Source: Octopus bimaculoides (lineage: Eukaryota). From it: DNA of 63,723 nt. Of the stretch, positions 1 through 11,560 are shown piece after piece. Made by a program: the position numbers and the translations under genes. The notes under the pieces were generated by a model that was not told the origin of the DNA, did no database searches, and saw only the letters and a list, made by a program, of their open reading frames with translations. Numbering within the stretch: the stretch's first letter is position 1; each line of letters opens with the position of its first letter. The DNA is taken from assembly GCF_001194135.2 (NCBI RefSeq), contig NC_068998.1, positions 34,744,752 to 34,808,474 of the forward strand. The letters are read 5' to 3'.

Positions 1-514
1 ATATATATATATATATATATACACATATATATGTATTTGTGTGTGTGTGTGGTTGAGGAGTGAGATCTTCAGCCATATGGTTGTAAATTAAGTCACTCTG
101 CTCAAAATCGTCAGCAAGTATCTTCTACTTTATCTTCAGATTGAATAATACATAGTGGAGTTTAACAAACAAAAGCCTGCGTGCATAAGTTTTTGTGGAA
201 TTTTTTGGTCCATTACCTAATACACCTCTGATGATATAAGTACAATTGAGAATTTAAAGTGAGGGTACAAGAGTTGTAAGTTCCACAATACTTTGCCATA
301 AATGTTATCTTCTACATGTATATGGTGTGTGTGTGTGCGTAAGTATGTGTGTATGTGTGTGTGTGTCTGTGCGTCTATGTGTGTGTCTGTGTGAGTGTGT
401 GTGTGTGCATGCGCATGTTCATTTGTGCATTACTGTCTCCTTGTCTTGACATCTATCCATAGAAAATCCACATCAACAAATTCCATCCAACCAATGCCAG
501 TATGGGAAAGTGGA

Positions 515-697
515 CATTATGACATTATCCCATTGAAAACACTGGTTCACATTCAATCACCAAAGTTAAGCAATGTTGAGCCTAGTTAGTACTTAGATGG
601 GTGGCTATTTGGAAAACCTAGGTTTTTGTAAACAGCAACAGCTGTGCCCCAACATGGCTGCAACTTACAATCTGAACCTAGTAAAGTAAATTAAAAC
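515..697 (+). mobile_element. 5S rRNA-derived SINE (SINE3-like): decayed full-length 5S head (515-633) plus LINE-type 3' tail
   Basis: TGAAAACACTGGTTC...AAGTTAAGCAATGTTGAGCCTAGTTAGTACTTAGATGGGTG aligns by eye to the metazoan 5S consensus, including box A and box C. It is followed by GCTGTGCCCCAACATGGCTGCA...AGTAAA, a tail also seen on tRNA-type SINEs and a LINE end in this window. Confidence 0.8.
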
Positions 698-839
698 AAT
701 GTTGATTCTGATGATAATTGTTATGTTGAAGTGCAACTCATTTTATCCAAATGTATAACTTAACCAACAATAAAGATTGTTAAACTTAATCCTGTGGCCA
801 ATATTAGTGAGTAGAAAAAGGGGGCAAACTGGTATAATT

Positions 840-1040
840 GTTAAACGCATGGGGCAAAATGCTTAGCAGTATTTTGTCTGTTTTTACATTCTGAGTTCAA
901 ATTCCACCAAGGTTGACTTTGCTTTTTATCCTTTCAGCATCGATAAAATAAGTATCAGTTGATTATTGAGATCAATGTAATTGACTTACCCTCTTTCCTG
1001 ATGTTGCTGGCCTTGTACTAAAATTTGAAATGAATATTAG
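840..1040 (+). mobile_element. tRNA-type SINE, family A
   Basis: AAATGCTTAGCAGTATTT...GAGTTCAAATTCC (B-box-like)...GTTGACTTTGC...GGCCTTGT; homologous to copies at 2725, 9340 and 15310. Confidence 0.75.
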
Positions 1041-1525
1041 TGACTAGAAGGACTAAGGGTTATATATCAAGTATTGTCACAGTCAAATGACTCAAAAATG
1101 TAAAAGAATTAAAGAAAATTCATGTTTGAATATCTATTCTTCACTTCAGATAAACAATAGTTACCATAACATAAAGGGAATCACCTCTCAATTCTTAATA
1201 CATCTTTGACATGACACACTTAATTGATAAACTTTTTTGTTTTATTTATTGTTTTTGTTCTAATGGTACATTCTTATGCTAAATAGATGTCTCTGAGTAT
1301 TACTATAGTGGCCATTGTCCAAATCAATTTCTTTTCTTAGATTTGCTTCTGTTGTCTATCACTATACATCATAGCATTGTATTTCAATATCACCAAGAGA
1401 ATTTCTGCAAAAATTGCTCACTGAATAAATGGTAATTCTTGGTTTGAAATGATCAATGGGAATCAGCAGTTTTTTTGTTTTTTTAAATGATTGCTATTAT
1501 ATATTATAATAGCATTAATGCGTGT

Positions 1526-1566
<41 letters not shown>

Positions 1567-2371
1567 AGTTTATGTGTGCATGTGTGTGTGTCTGTGCATG
1601 TGTGCCTATATGTGTATCCATATGTATGTGAGAGCATGTGTGTGTATTTGTATGTGTATGTCCATTAGATTCTGAATCAAGGCAACTGGTGAAAGAGAAG
1701 AAACGAAAAGCAACAAGTGTGTGAGAGAAAGAAGGACAACATGAGAAAGGAAGATAACCAATGAGCATAAGCGGATGTGCAAAAGAGTAATAGATGAGGG
1801 TGGCAGCTGATGAGAAAGAGAAAAAAAGAAACTGATTAAGAGAAAGACGAAGATAGAGAAAAAAGAAGAGAAGGAGAGAGAGGAAGAGCAAGGAAGGCAT
1901 TTGTCATACAGCAATTAGTATGTTGGCTTTTCTTCGTTACAGACAAAACTGGCATTGAAATAAATCAAATGCCATGGAATAATTTCAAACTATATTGAAA
2001 ATTTATATTAGAATAATATGATAGTAAAAAATATTATTCCTGGGTTATACTTGTTTGAAGATGGATTTAACATGTGAATAGTGTCAGGACTAAAATAACA
2101 GCATTTGAGTGTTTGGCACGAAATAACATTACTTAGAACAAGTTAAGGGTTGGTGTTAAGAAGGACATCCAATTGTAGCATACTGACTTAAGAGGTTTCA
2201 TCTAATCAATGCCAATATGGAAAAAGCAGACATGAAATTTAAAATAATAATAATAATAATAATAATAATAGTAATAATAATAATTATTATTATTATTATG
2301 TTACAGTTGTTGTTTTTCTTCTTTCTTCAAATTTTCTTCCATTTCTCGCCAAGTGTTTTCTGTACACCTAG

Positions 2372-2420
2372 GGCAGAGAAGCTCATTGTATGCATTCCCA
2401 GTCTACACACAAATTCACAG
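2372..2420 (+). CDS. Candidate exon of an unidentified multi-exon host gene (GREAHCMHSQSTHKFT)
   Basis: Acceptor ttttctgtacacctAG, donor CAG|GTAAAA. A 69-nt AT-rich intron leads to the next exon and the phase matches. Confidence 0.55.
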
Positions 2421-2489
2421 GTAAAATATGTATTTAAAAAAAAAAAATTAATAAATAAATAAATTCATGAATGAATGTTGTTTTCACAG

Positions 2490-2557
2490 CAATAATGCTC
2501 TTCTCAGTAAATGAGTCATTCCAGTTAACACGATTTTTTACACTTCCTGAAGAGATG
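2490..2557 (+). CDS. Candidate exon (AIMLFSVNESFQLTRFFTLPEEM)
   Basis: Acceptor tgttgttttcacAG, donor ATG|GTAAGC. Only one frame is open and it is in phase with the previous exon. Confidence 0.6.
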
Positions 2558-2677
2558 GTAAGCCTGGTATCATTTTCAAATAGGTTTCAGTACCTTTTTT
2601 TTATCATTCCTAGAGTTCCTACAATCACTGGTATGGTAGTTGCCTTATTATTAATGTTATTATTATTATTATTATTA

Positions 2678-2715
<38 letters not shown>

Positions 2716-2724
2716 GTTATTATT

Positions 2725-2910
2725 ATTATAATGACTTTGAATTTTGGCACAAGACCAACAATTTGTGGGGAAGAGATAAGTCAATTATATCGACTCCAAA
2801 ATGATGAAAGGTAAAGTCAACTCTAGCAGCATTTGAACTCAGAATGTAAAGTCAGAAAAAATGCTCCTAAACATTTTCCCAGCTTGGAAATGATTGCAAG
2901 CTCGCTGCCT
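2725..2910 (-). mobile_element. tRNA-type SINE, family A
   Basis: Reverse-complement match to family A (GGCAGCGAGCTTGCA... head at about 2909), adjoining an (ATT)n tract at 2645-2732. Confidence 0.7.
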
Positions 2911-2936
2911 TAATAACAATAATGATAATAATAACA

Positions 2937-3302
2937 GTCGATAGATATGACAGGTTAGCTTGGGAGGTTAAGCAGTTGTGGTCACTGAAAAAAGGTGGTA
3001 GTAGTACCAATAATTGTCAGAGTACTGGGAACAGTGAGTAAAAATCTTGAGAAGTACATGGAACAAATAGGGGCTGCAATAAGGGTGGAGCACTTGTAGA
3101 AAACAACACTGCTTGGAACAGCTCAAATATTTGGGATAGTGCTCAAAAATAAGNNNNNNNNNNTTGGAACAGCTCAAATATTTGGGATAGTGCTCAAAAA
3201 TAAGGGATGTTACCTCAGTTCACTGGTAGTGAACAGCTGACACCGTAGTACATCTCCAGCGTTAGAAGCTGTGCAAAGACAATAAAATAATAAAGATAAT
3301 AA
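2937..3302 (+). mobile_element. 3' end of an R4/Dong-like RLE non-LTR retrotransposon in AAT-rich repeats
   Basis: Decayed translation YDRLAWEVKQLWSLKK/VVVVPIIVRVLGTVSKNLEKYMEQIG...LLGTAQI resembles the RLE C-terminus. The 3' UTR matches 41043-41110 and ends in an AAT-rich tail. Confidence 0.8.
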
Positions 3303-3464
3303 TGACTACAATGACAATGTTTCCACTACTTTTTACTGTGTTTTTTATTTACATTCATCTTCTCTACATCTCACATTTTGTCAATGTCTTTCTCATCTTC
3401 AAAGCTTTACAGTCACACCATTCTACAATTCTTGGAGGAATTATTAACAAATTTTTATCATTAT

Positions 3465-3840
3465 GGTGCAGGCATGACTCTGTGGTCAAGAAGCTTGTTT
3501 CATAACCACATGGTTTCAGGTTCAGTCCCACAACATAGCATACTGGGTAAATTTCTTCTGGTATAGAATGCCTTGTGAGTGAATTTAGTAGAAGGAAACT
3601 GTGTGGAAGCTTATCATATATATTCATGTGCGTATGTATGTTCGTCCCCATCACTACATGACACCCAGTGTTTGTTTATTCATACAACTTAGTGGTTCAG
3701 CAAAAGAGACTGATAGAGTAAGTACCAAATTTTGAAAAAATAAGTACTAGTGCCAATTTATGTGAGTAAAACCCTTCAGAGCTGAGCCCCAACATGGCCA
3801 AAGAGCTATGACTGAAACAAATAGAAGATAAAAGAATTAA
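3465..3840 (+). mobile_element. tRNA-type SINE, family B, near full length
   Basis: A-box-like TGTGGTCAAGAAG, B-box-like GGTTCAGTCCC, internal (GT) tract, and 3' tail GCTGAGCCCCAACATGGCC...GACTGAAACAAATAGAAG. Confidence 0.8.
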
Positions 3841-4955
3841 TATATTATTTTCATATTTCTATTTTATCATTATCAACATCATTTTTATGTCCACTTTTCC
3901 ATGCTGGCATGGGTTTGATGAAATGTTTTGCAACAGTGTTTTATAAATAAATACCCTTCCTTACATGATCCTTTCAGTTGACTCACAGAATAGGCTCTAA
4001 AAACTGGGATAACACAAGTTGAAAAATTCATACACAAGTTTTTGTTTTTTATCTTTAGGGTGTCCATTGTTTTAGTTATTGTGGTAGTGATGGTGATTAT
4101 GATGTTTTGTTAGGTGTTGATCAAATTGTAGAATATACTTTTTCTTATTATTACATCATACTTTCAGTTCTTAATCTCCCTCTCTCATACTCTTTCATAC
4201 TTTCAAATCATATTATGCTACCTTATCCCTTTATCAGTGTTAGATATGGTGTATTTTTTTCTTTAGGAACTAGTATTGTAGAAATTGAGTGGGTGGGTTT
4301 TCTCATCTAACAATTTGACTTTATGTTTTCGATATTATTTTATTCTATAATTTTTATTTGTAATGTTATTTCTTTAGTTACCTTGGTGTCTGTGTAGCCC
4401 TCTCACTATCACCATTTCTTATTTTGTGGTTTGTTATTGATTGTAGTAGATACTGTCCTTATTTAGGACTATCATGCTATATAAAACATATCTTAATTGA
4501 GTAATATATGTTATTTTTATATTCATAACAATATAATTGTATTTATAATAGCTTCACGATATACTTTGATAGAATCACAGCTCCAATGAATATAGATACT
4601 CCAGGCTATAGACATATTATAAATAAGTTTTTTTATTATTCATTTATTTATTTTATCTTAAACTGTCTTTCTATATTGTTGTGTTTAATAGTTAGAAAGT
4701 TTAAAACTATAATACTAGTAGTTTTCCAGGTACCTAACATGGTAGCCCAGTTGCTGTGGGCTTATGATTTTGGCTTATGATTTATTCATAACTCATTTTA
4801 GTTCTTTTATTCCATTTTGTTACTTGTTAGCACAGCATGTACACTGCATAAACATATACATGCCCATAACCCATATATGACTTATAAGTATTTACAACAG
4901 ATTCCTAAAATATTAGCTGACACCTACATTTCACTCTAGCCTGGGTCTATTACAG

Positions 4956-4984
4956 ATGTTGCATGCACGCAACTATGATGCAAA
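4956..4984 (+). CDS. Candidate 29-nt micro-exon (MLHARNYDAK)
   Basis: Acceptor gtctattacAG, donor AAA|GTAAGA. Phase 0 start matches the exon ending at 2557. Confidence 0.45.
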
Positions 4985-5572
4985 GTAAGACTTTATAGTA
5001 ATATACTGCACGCCAAATTTATAGTGTGATTGAAAAATTAGTTGGAGGCACCAGTACTGTACCACTCAAACTTAATGGTCAATGTCAAATTTTTACGTCT
5101 CATCATACTAACCAAATCATTGACTTGTCACAGAATTTGATCCTTTGTGAGAGTTAATATATCCTTACTATAGTTATTAATCAATATATCCTATCTGTCC
5201 TGCACATGAATGAATAAAATTGTTTCGCTTTAACGTTGTTGTTTAAATGTTCAAATCCCACTGAATCCTGAATCTCCAACTTGAAGCAAAGGTGAAATGT
5301 TTGAACTTTTCATATATATATATTCAGAGCCGTTTGTTTCTCTTATAAAATTTTTACATGATTCTTATGTAATATGCAATGTTTTTCTTCTGGCAGCCAG
5401 TGTGTGGGTTATTACACAAAACTTACAATCCATTCTACATAAATTTTTACAAAAAAAAAATAATAAATTTGATGGATCTACCTGTTTTATTCATGAATTT
5501 AATATTGCAAGTTTTCCATAAGATTTTCCTATATTAAGTTTTCCATAAGATTTTTCTCCCTCTTCCTCACCT

Positions 5573-5656
<84 letters not shown>

Positions 5657-6607
5657 AGTATGTATATGCATAGATAGATAGATAGATACACACACATATT
5701 TATGTATATATATATATATATATATTCACATACACATGTAAACATATATATAATATTCATATCTATATATATCAAATGTGTGTGTGTGTGTGTGTGTGTA
5801 CATATGTATGTATATACATACAATATTGCACTATTGAATGTAGCATCAACATGGATGCTATCAAACTCTGCTTTTGTAAATATTTACTGAACTTACTTTC
5901 TTAATTTTCATCTCAAACTACAATATTCTAAACCTGTTACAATATAAAGGGCATTCTTTACTTGCAGCATTCTTTAATATGTTTTCTGTAGGACTTTTGT
6001 CACCAGAGAATCACAGAGTCTTTAGTAAGAATAATTTTCCTCCAAAATTTGCTGATTTTTGTTTTATATGTCCTTTTAGTTTTGCGTCTTATATCAACTT
6101 AGAAATTTTTCAAATAACTAGAAACAAACTACTTTCCAAACAACTAACTATGTCTTCAAGAACTGTTGGTGAAATCAATTTGTCTTTTATTCCTTTTCTT
6201 TTCATCTGCCCATATATCTTAGTGTCTCTATTATGGTGTTATGGTGTTGCAGTTCTATACACTTACGTCCGGCATCATTTCCCAACAGACTTTCTTCAAA
6301 AAATAAATATTTCTTCATTCTTTTAAGGCATCCAGTCTATTGCTCAAGCAGAACGTTTCTTGGTTTGTTACACCAGTAAAAGTCCAAATCAGTCTATTGC
6401 CAGACTTACAGCAATATTTCTTTTTCATTGTATCTGTTTTATTCTCTCTATCATATTAGTATACACTCCAGTTTCTACTATCTGTTCTGTTATATTTATT
6501 GAAACATAACACAGTCTCATTGTACTGTATTAATGTATAATAAGAACTGGACAGTATATACAGGGTAAAATATGATACATGTTTGCTGGTAGTTGAACTA
6601 CTTGCAG

Positions 6608-6647
6608 GAGATATATAGCAAGCATGATTGAAGATATGATAGATGAG
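6608..6647 (+). CDS. Candidate 40-nt exon (RYIASMIEDMIDE)
   Basis: Acceptor ctacttgcAG, donor GAG|GTAATG. Phase 2 start matches the exon ending at 4984. Confidence 0.45.
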
Positions 6648-6907
6648 GTAATGCAGGTTCCATACTCATCTTCTACATTATCCCCCCTCTTTTATCCTTT
6701 CTCTTTTCTATCTTTTTTCACTTCCTTTCTCTCTCACAAATCACATTTACATATCCTGTTTCTTCTCTTCATCATCTCTCCACTTTCATTCCTTTTTCCT
6801 GTATTTAGATAATCTATAAGTTGATTATATGTTTTAGGTATGTCACTGAAACCTAATTCCTACAGGCAGACAGCATCTTGATGCATATAATCCTCACCAC
6901 TATATAC

Positions 6908-6940
<33 letters not shown>

Positions 6941-7177
6941 TGTATGTATGTATGTGTGTGTGTGTGTTTGTGTGAGTGAGTGTGTGCATGTGTATATGTA
7001 TGCATATGTATAAGAATGTTATCATTCTCAAGTTTGCTCCACTGTGGATCATGGTTAACAACAGAAATACCTACCTGAAACTATCATATGAATTTAAGTA
7101 TATACATTACCTACAAACACATACGCTGATGTGTGTGTGTGTGCATATGTGCACGTGTGTGTGTGCAAGCGAGTATA

Positions 7178-7219
<42 letters not shown>

Positions 7220-7785
7220 NNNNNNNNNNNNNNNNNNNNNNNNNNNNNNNNNNNNNNNNNNNNNNNNNNNNNNNNNNNNNNNNNNNNNNNNNNNNNNNNN
7301 NNNNNNNNNNNNNNNNNNNNNNNNNNNNNNNNNNNNNNNNNNNNNNNNNNNNNNNNNNNNNNNNNNNNNNNNNNNNNNNNNNNNNNNNNNNNNNNNNNNN
7401 NNNNNNNNNNNNNNNNNNNNNNNNNNNNNNNNNNNNNNNNNNNNNNNNNNNNNNNNNNNNNNNNNNNNNNNNNNNNNNNNNNNNNNNNNNNNNNNNNNNN
7501 NNNNNNNNNNNNNNNNNNNNNNNNNNNNNNNNNNNNNNNNNNNNNNNNNNNNNNNNNNNNNNNNNNNNNNNNNNNNNNNNNNNNNNNNNNNNNNNNNNNN
7601 NNNNNNNNNNNNNNNNNNNNNNNNNNNNNNNNNNNNNNNNNNNNNNNNNNNNNNNNNNNNNNNNNNNNNNNNNNNNNNNNNNNNNNNNNNNNNNNNNNNN
7701 NNNNNNNNNNNNNNNNNNNNNNNNNNNNNNNNNNNNNNNNNNNNNNNNNNNNNNNNNNNNTATATATATATATATATGTATATAG

Positions 7786-7960
7786 GTACTGGTGTGGTTG
7801 TACAATGAAAAGTCTGCTTCCAAATCTCATAGTTTTGGGCTCAGTCCCACTGTGGGGCACTTTGGGCAAATGTCTTCTTCTATAGCTCCCGGCTGACCAA
7901 AGCTTTGTAAATGTATTTGGAAGATACAAACTGAAAGAAGCCCATCCTATGTGTGTGTGC
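7786..7960 (+). mobile_element. tRNA-type SINE, family B, 5' part
   Basis: GGGCTCAGTCCCACTGTGGGGCACTTTGGGCAAATGTCTTC...AAACTGAAAGAAGCCC matches other family B copies. Confidence 0.75.
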
Positions 7961-8329
7961 ATGTGTGTGGGTGTCTGTGTGTGCGTGCATGCTTGTGTAC
8001 ACATACAATGAATTTTATTTAGAAATTACAAGCATAGAACCCATAAAATCACGTAGTTATTTGTTGTCCTACAGGAAAGTTTGCTATTTTGATAAATAAC
8101 TCTCTCTTTCTTGTTCTCTCTCACTCTTTCTGTCCCTCTCTGTCTCTCTCTCACTCTCTCTCTCTATCTATCTTTCTTTTTATCTATATGTGTGTCTATC
8201 TATCTGGAAGAGTGGAATAGCATAAGATAGAGAATGAGATACTCACATGAGGAGTGGGATATAGCGAGAGAAAGGGAGAAGGGAAGTGATGATTATGATG
8301 GAGGTCATTTGATAACACACTCAAGCAGA

Positions 8330-8686
8330 TTTTTGTTTCAACGGGGAGATTTTTCCCTCTTTCTCAAAGGCTGTCATTACTTTCGAGACAGTACTTCTTG
8401 ATACACCGAACATTTCAGCTGTTTTCATTATGCTAGTGCCTGCGATACGGGCACCAACAATTTGATCTCTTTGAAAGTCTGATAGATCTGTCATTTTAAT
8501 GAATTTTAATTACCTTTTACTGATGATATCTGAAAAGAAACGGCAATTTTAGCAAAACATATTAAGCAACACTAATAATAAATAAATATAAAACATAAAA
8601 ATAAACAAGCTTTTGGTGGTTTTACAGATATTTCAAAATTATGATGCTGTGATGCTAGGTGTTTCCATTATTTTGTCCAACCCCTA
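8330..8686 (-). mobile_element. Tc1-type transposon 5' remnant (terminal repeat plus HTH-coding fragment)
   Basis: Minus-strand translation RDQIVGARIAGTSIMKTAEMFGVSRSTVSKVMTAFEKEGK is a Tc1-like HTH; terminus GGGGTTGGACAAAATAATGGAAACACC lies next to TA. Confidence 0.75.
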
Positions 8687-8806
8687 TATATATCATCAAA
8701 TTGAATAATCGAACATTAAAAACAACAATAACAAAGCAACAAGAGGATGTGTACATGGAATGTATTAGTTTGACAGTCAGTAAAAGTGAAAAAAAGAGAG
8801 AAGTTT

Positions 8807-8839
8807 TTTGACGTTCTGAGCATTGCTCTTCATCAGAAA
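8807..8839 (-). ncRNA. Decayed minimal type I hammerhead ribozyme
   Basis: Minus strand TTT CTGATGA A GAGC AAT GCTC AGAA CGT C AAA: intact CUGAUGA core, stem II and palindromic ACGT stem III; GAAA mutated to AGAA. Confidence 0.6.
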
Positions 8840-8951
8840 GGAAAATGGAAAAGTCCAGAGAAGGAAAAATATCACCAACAGCACATGTGTGGTTACAAAT
8901 GCTTTGTCACAACACCAAATACTGCATTATCAGCCTTGAAAGATCCTCACT

Positions 8952-9315
8952 TATAGGTGCTTAGTGCATAAAAATACACACATAGATCGTAGCAGATGAG
9001 AATTGTCTGTCATGGGTGCCAGAATTTTAATATTGTATGATTTTGGTCTCATACCTTTTGGAATTAATACTGTTTCTCACAATAATAATTAATTTTTAAT
9101 AAACCTGCTGTCTATTTGCAATGTCAGTGTCTGAAAAGATACTAGTATTCTATACACTGTGGCAGCGAGATTTGACTGGCTTGTGGTAATTGGTGCTTCC
9201 CACTAATGAAGTCCAGTAGACCAAAATCATGTGATATGGAAATTCTGGTGCCCATGACAGACAATTCTCATCTCTTAGAGTCTGTGTATGTACTTTTATA
9301 CACCAAGCACATATA
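8952..9315. repeat. Inverted repeat with ~98-bp arms (8952-9049 / 9218-9315), overlapping a decayed hammerhead at 9200-9239
   Basis: Reverse complement of the left arm AGACCAAAATCAT...CCCATGACAGACAATTCTCATCT...AAGCACCTATA matches the right arm, about 80% identical by eye. Confidence 0.85.
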
Positions 9316-9339
9316 AGAGAAGATCTCAAGGCTAATAAT

Positions 9340-9686
9340 CTTTTCTACTCTAGGTACATGGCCTGAAATTTTGAGGGAGGGGGCCAGTCGATTAGATCGA
9401 CCCCAGTACACAACTGGTATTTAATTTATTGACCTTGAAAGGATGAAAGGCAAAGTCAACCTCGGCAGAATTTGAACTTGGAATATAAGACAGATGAAAT
9501 ACTGCTAAGCATTTCGCCTGGTGTGCTAACATTTCTTATTTCTTTACTGCCCACAAAGAGTTAAACACAGAGGGGACAAAAAAGGACAGACAAAGTGGTT
9601 AAGTCAATTACATCGACACCAGTGTATAACTGGTACTTAATTTATCGACCCCTGGTGTGCTAACATTTCTGCCAGCTTGCTGCCTT
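9340..9686 (-). mobile_element. Dimeric family A SINE with 16-bp target site duplication
   Basis: TCTCAAGGCTAATAAT at 9324-9339 and 9687-9702; the head motif AGAAATGTTAGCACACCAGG occurs twice internally. Confidence 0.85.
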
Positions 9687-9802
9687 TCTCAAGGCTAATA
9701 ATGCAATATTCAGTGTTCTAACGAGGCAGTGCTTGTTAAATTGGATATAATGATTACCTGTAGGTATTAATACTGTTTCTATCACTCATAATTTATTTAT
9801 AT

Positions 9803-10129
9803 ACTAGCTGAAGTACCCGGTAATACCCGGTAATACCCGGAAAAGCAGGGGTTATTTCCAGTTCCCATTTCCATTGCACTGTTTCATGTCCTATCCCATT
9901 CTCTGTTCAGTTTCCATTTTTGCAACCTTCTCATTTTATAATATAATTCACCCAACTCCTTGGTGGGTGGGGAGCACATTATAGATTTTTATTGAAATCC
10001 AGTTAGCCTTTTATTGAACTGGATGTTAGTGTCACATGTATGTGAAGTTTCGCAAATATTGGTTTGGTGGTTTAGGCACTATGTTGGTGACAGACAGACA
10101 GACAGAAATTTCCATTTATAGGTATAGAT
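9803..10129 (+). mobile_element. Helitron-like (Lep1/DINE-type) non-autonomous element
   Basis: Starts ACTAGCTGA.GTACCCGG with 10-bp tandem repeats, has (GACA)n near the 3' end and ends TATAGAT. The same 5' terminus recurs at 38282. Confidence 0.45.
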
Positions 10130-10162
10130 ATATATGATACAGACAGACATTATTTAAATGTA

Positions 10163-11010
10163 CAAGATTTGATCAATAAGTATCCGGACTGTTGCCAAAG
10201 TAACAAAGCTAGAGCACACAGATTGAAGCTTGGCAAAGATTGACCTTGAACTCTGTTGTACTAAGTTTTAATGTTCTAGCTCACTTCTGCTGTTTACAGC
10301 AGAGCTTGTGTAGCATGTGATCATCGCATTGACCATGACAGAGAAAGTTGTCATGGTGATACCTGCTCAGAGGCCTACACAAAGTTGCAGAATGTGTATG
10401 GATAGGAGTGTATGAGCTGCACTCAAGTGTACGAGTGGTTCAGACATTTCCAAGAGGGCCGACAAAAATGTCGCTATTGATGAATGTTCTGGGAGGCCCA
10501 CAACTGGCAAAACTGAGTAAAACATCGCAGTTGTATAAATCATCAAATCACCATCTGTGAGTTATCAGAAGATGTGCTGGTTAGTTATGGTTCAGTTCAG
10601 TTGATAATCACTGAAGATTTGGGTATGCGATGCATGTCTGCCAAATTTTTGTCAACACTGCTTTCAGTGGACCAAACAGACACTCAGGTTTCAGTTGCAT
10701 AACATCACCTTTATTGTGTGGAGAATGATGGACACTTTATGAAAATTTTGTACAGGCCTTTAAGCAGCTATCACCCAGCTTTTGGCAAAATTTGATGCAG
10801 ATTTTCTGCTCAACTTTCTCTGTCATAGTCAATGCGATGATCACAAGCATTTCCAAACACTGCTGTAAAAAGCAGAAGTGAGCTAGAACATTAAAAATTA
10901 TTGCACATATGCAACAGAGTTCAAGGTCAATCTGTGCCAAGCAGCTTCACTCTGCATACGTTAGCTTCGTTACTATGGCAACAGTCTGGGTACTTATTGA
11001 TCAGACCATG
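10163..11010. mobile_element. Mariner derivative with two 5' ends (long inverted arms), flanked by TA
   Basis: Left TA-CAAGATTTGATCAATAAGTATCCGGACTG; right end reverse complement TA-CATGGTCTGATCAATAAGTACCCAGACTG. The interior encodes a decayed mariner N-terminus (QVYEWFRHF...SGRP...DLGMR..SAKF); the right arm encodes MTEKVEQKICIKFCQKLG on the minus strand. Confidence 0.85.
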
Positions 11011-11227
11011 TATATACCTCAAGTGTGTGAGTGTGTTAGCCAATGTGAAAAACTTCTTTGTGATGACCCTGCTTATGAGATATAGCAAGCAAATCATTCT
11101 CAAATTACTTCCTACTGATGTATCCATACGTGTACAGAAATGTATGCAGAAAAGAACCTATGTATGTATGTATACATGTATGTATGTGTGCATGCATGTG
11201 TGTGTGTGTGTGTGTGTGTGCACGCAG

Positions 11228-11560
11228 TATGGCAAAATGCTTAAGATGCATGATTTGCAATCATGAGGTTTCAGTTATAATCCCAATGTATAGCATCCTG
11301 AGTAAACAAACTTTCCCTCAACTTGGTTTGGCATATACCTTGTGAGTGGAACTGGGTAAACAAAAACCGTATAGAACCTTATCAGATGCGGTTTAGAAGT
11401 AATTTAAAGATACTGCCTTGTCACAAACTTTCATGCTGATTCTGCCTGTAAATTAGGATACACATGTCTGTGGCCTACTCAGTTACTTTACATACTTGAG
11501 TCAATGAGCAGCTAATCCACTTGATTGAACAACTGAAAACTGATGTAGATCTGTCTATTT
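11228..11560 (+). mobile_element. tRNA-type SINE, family B variant, decayed
   Basis: GAGGTTTCAGTTATAATCCCAATG...TACCTTGTGAGTGGAA...AAAAACCGT resembles the family B head and body. Confidence 0.55.

Noticed and set aside
515-633. Functional 5S rRNA gene
   Set aside because: Many substitutions, and a SINE-type tail follows instead of a T-run terminator.
3113-3204. 41-bp direct repeat flanking a 10-N gap
   Set aside because: Identical sequence either side of a minimal gap is most simply an unmerged contig overlap.
3465-3540. tRNA genes at SINE heads
   Set aside because: Only degenerate A/B-box-like motifs; no complete cloverleaf seen.
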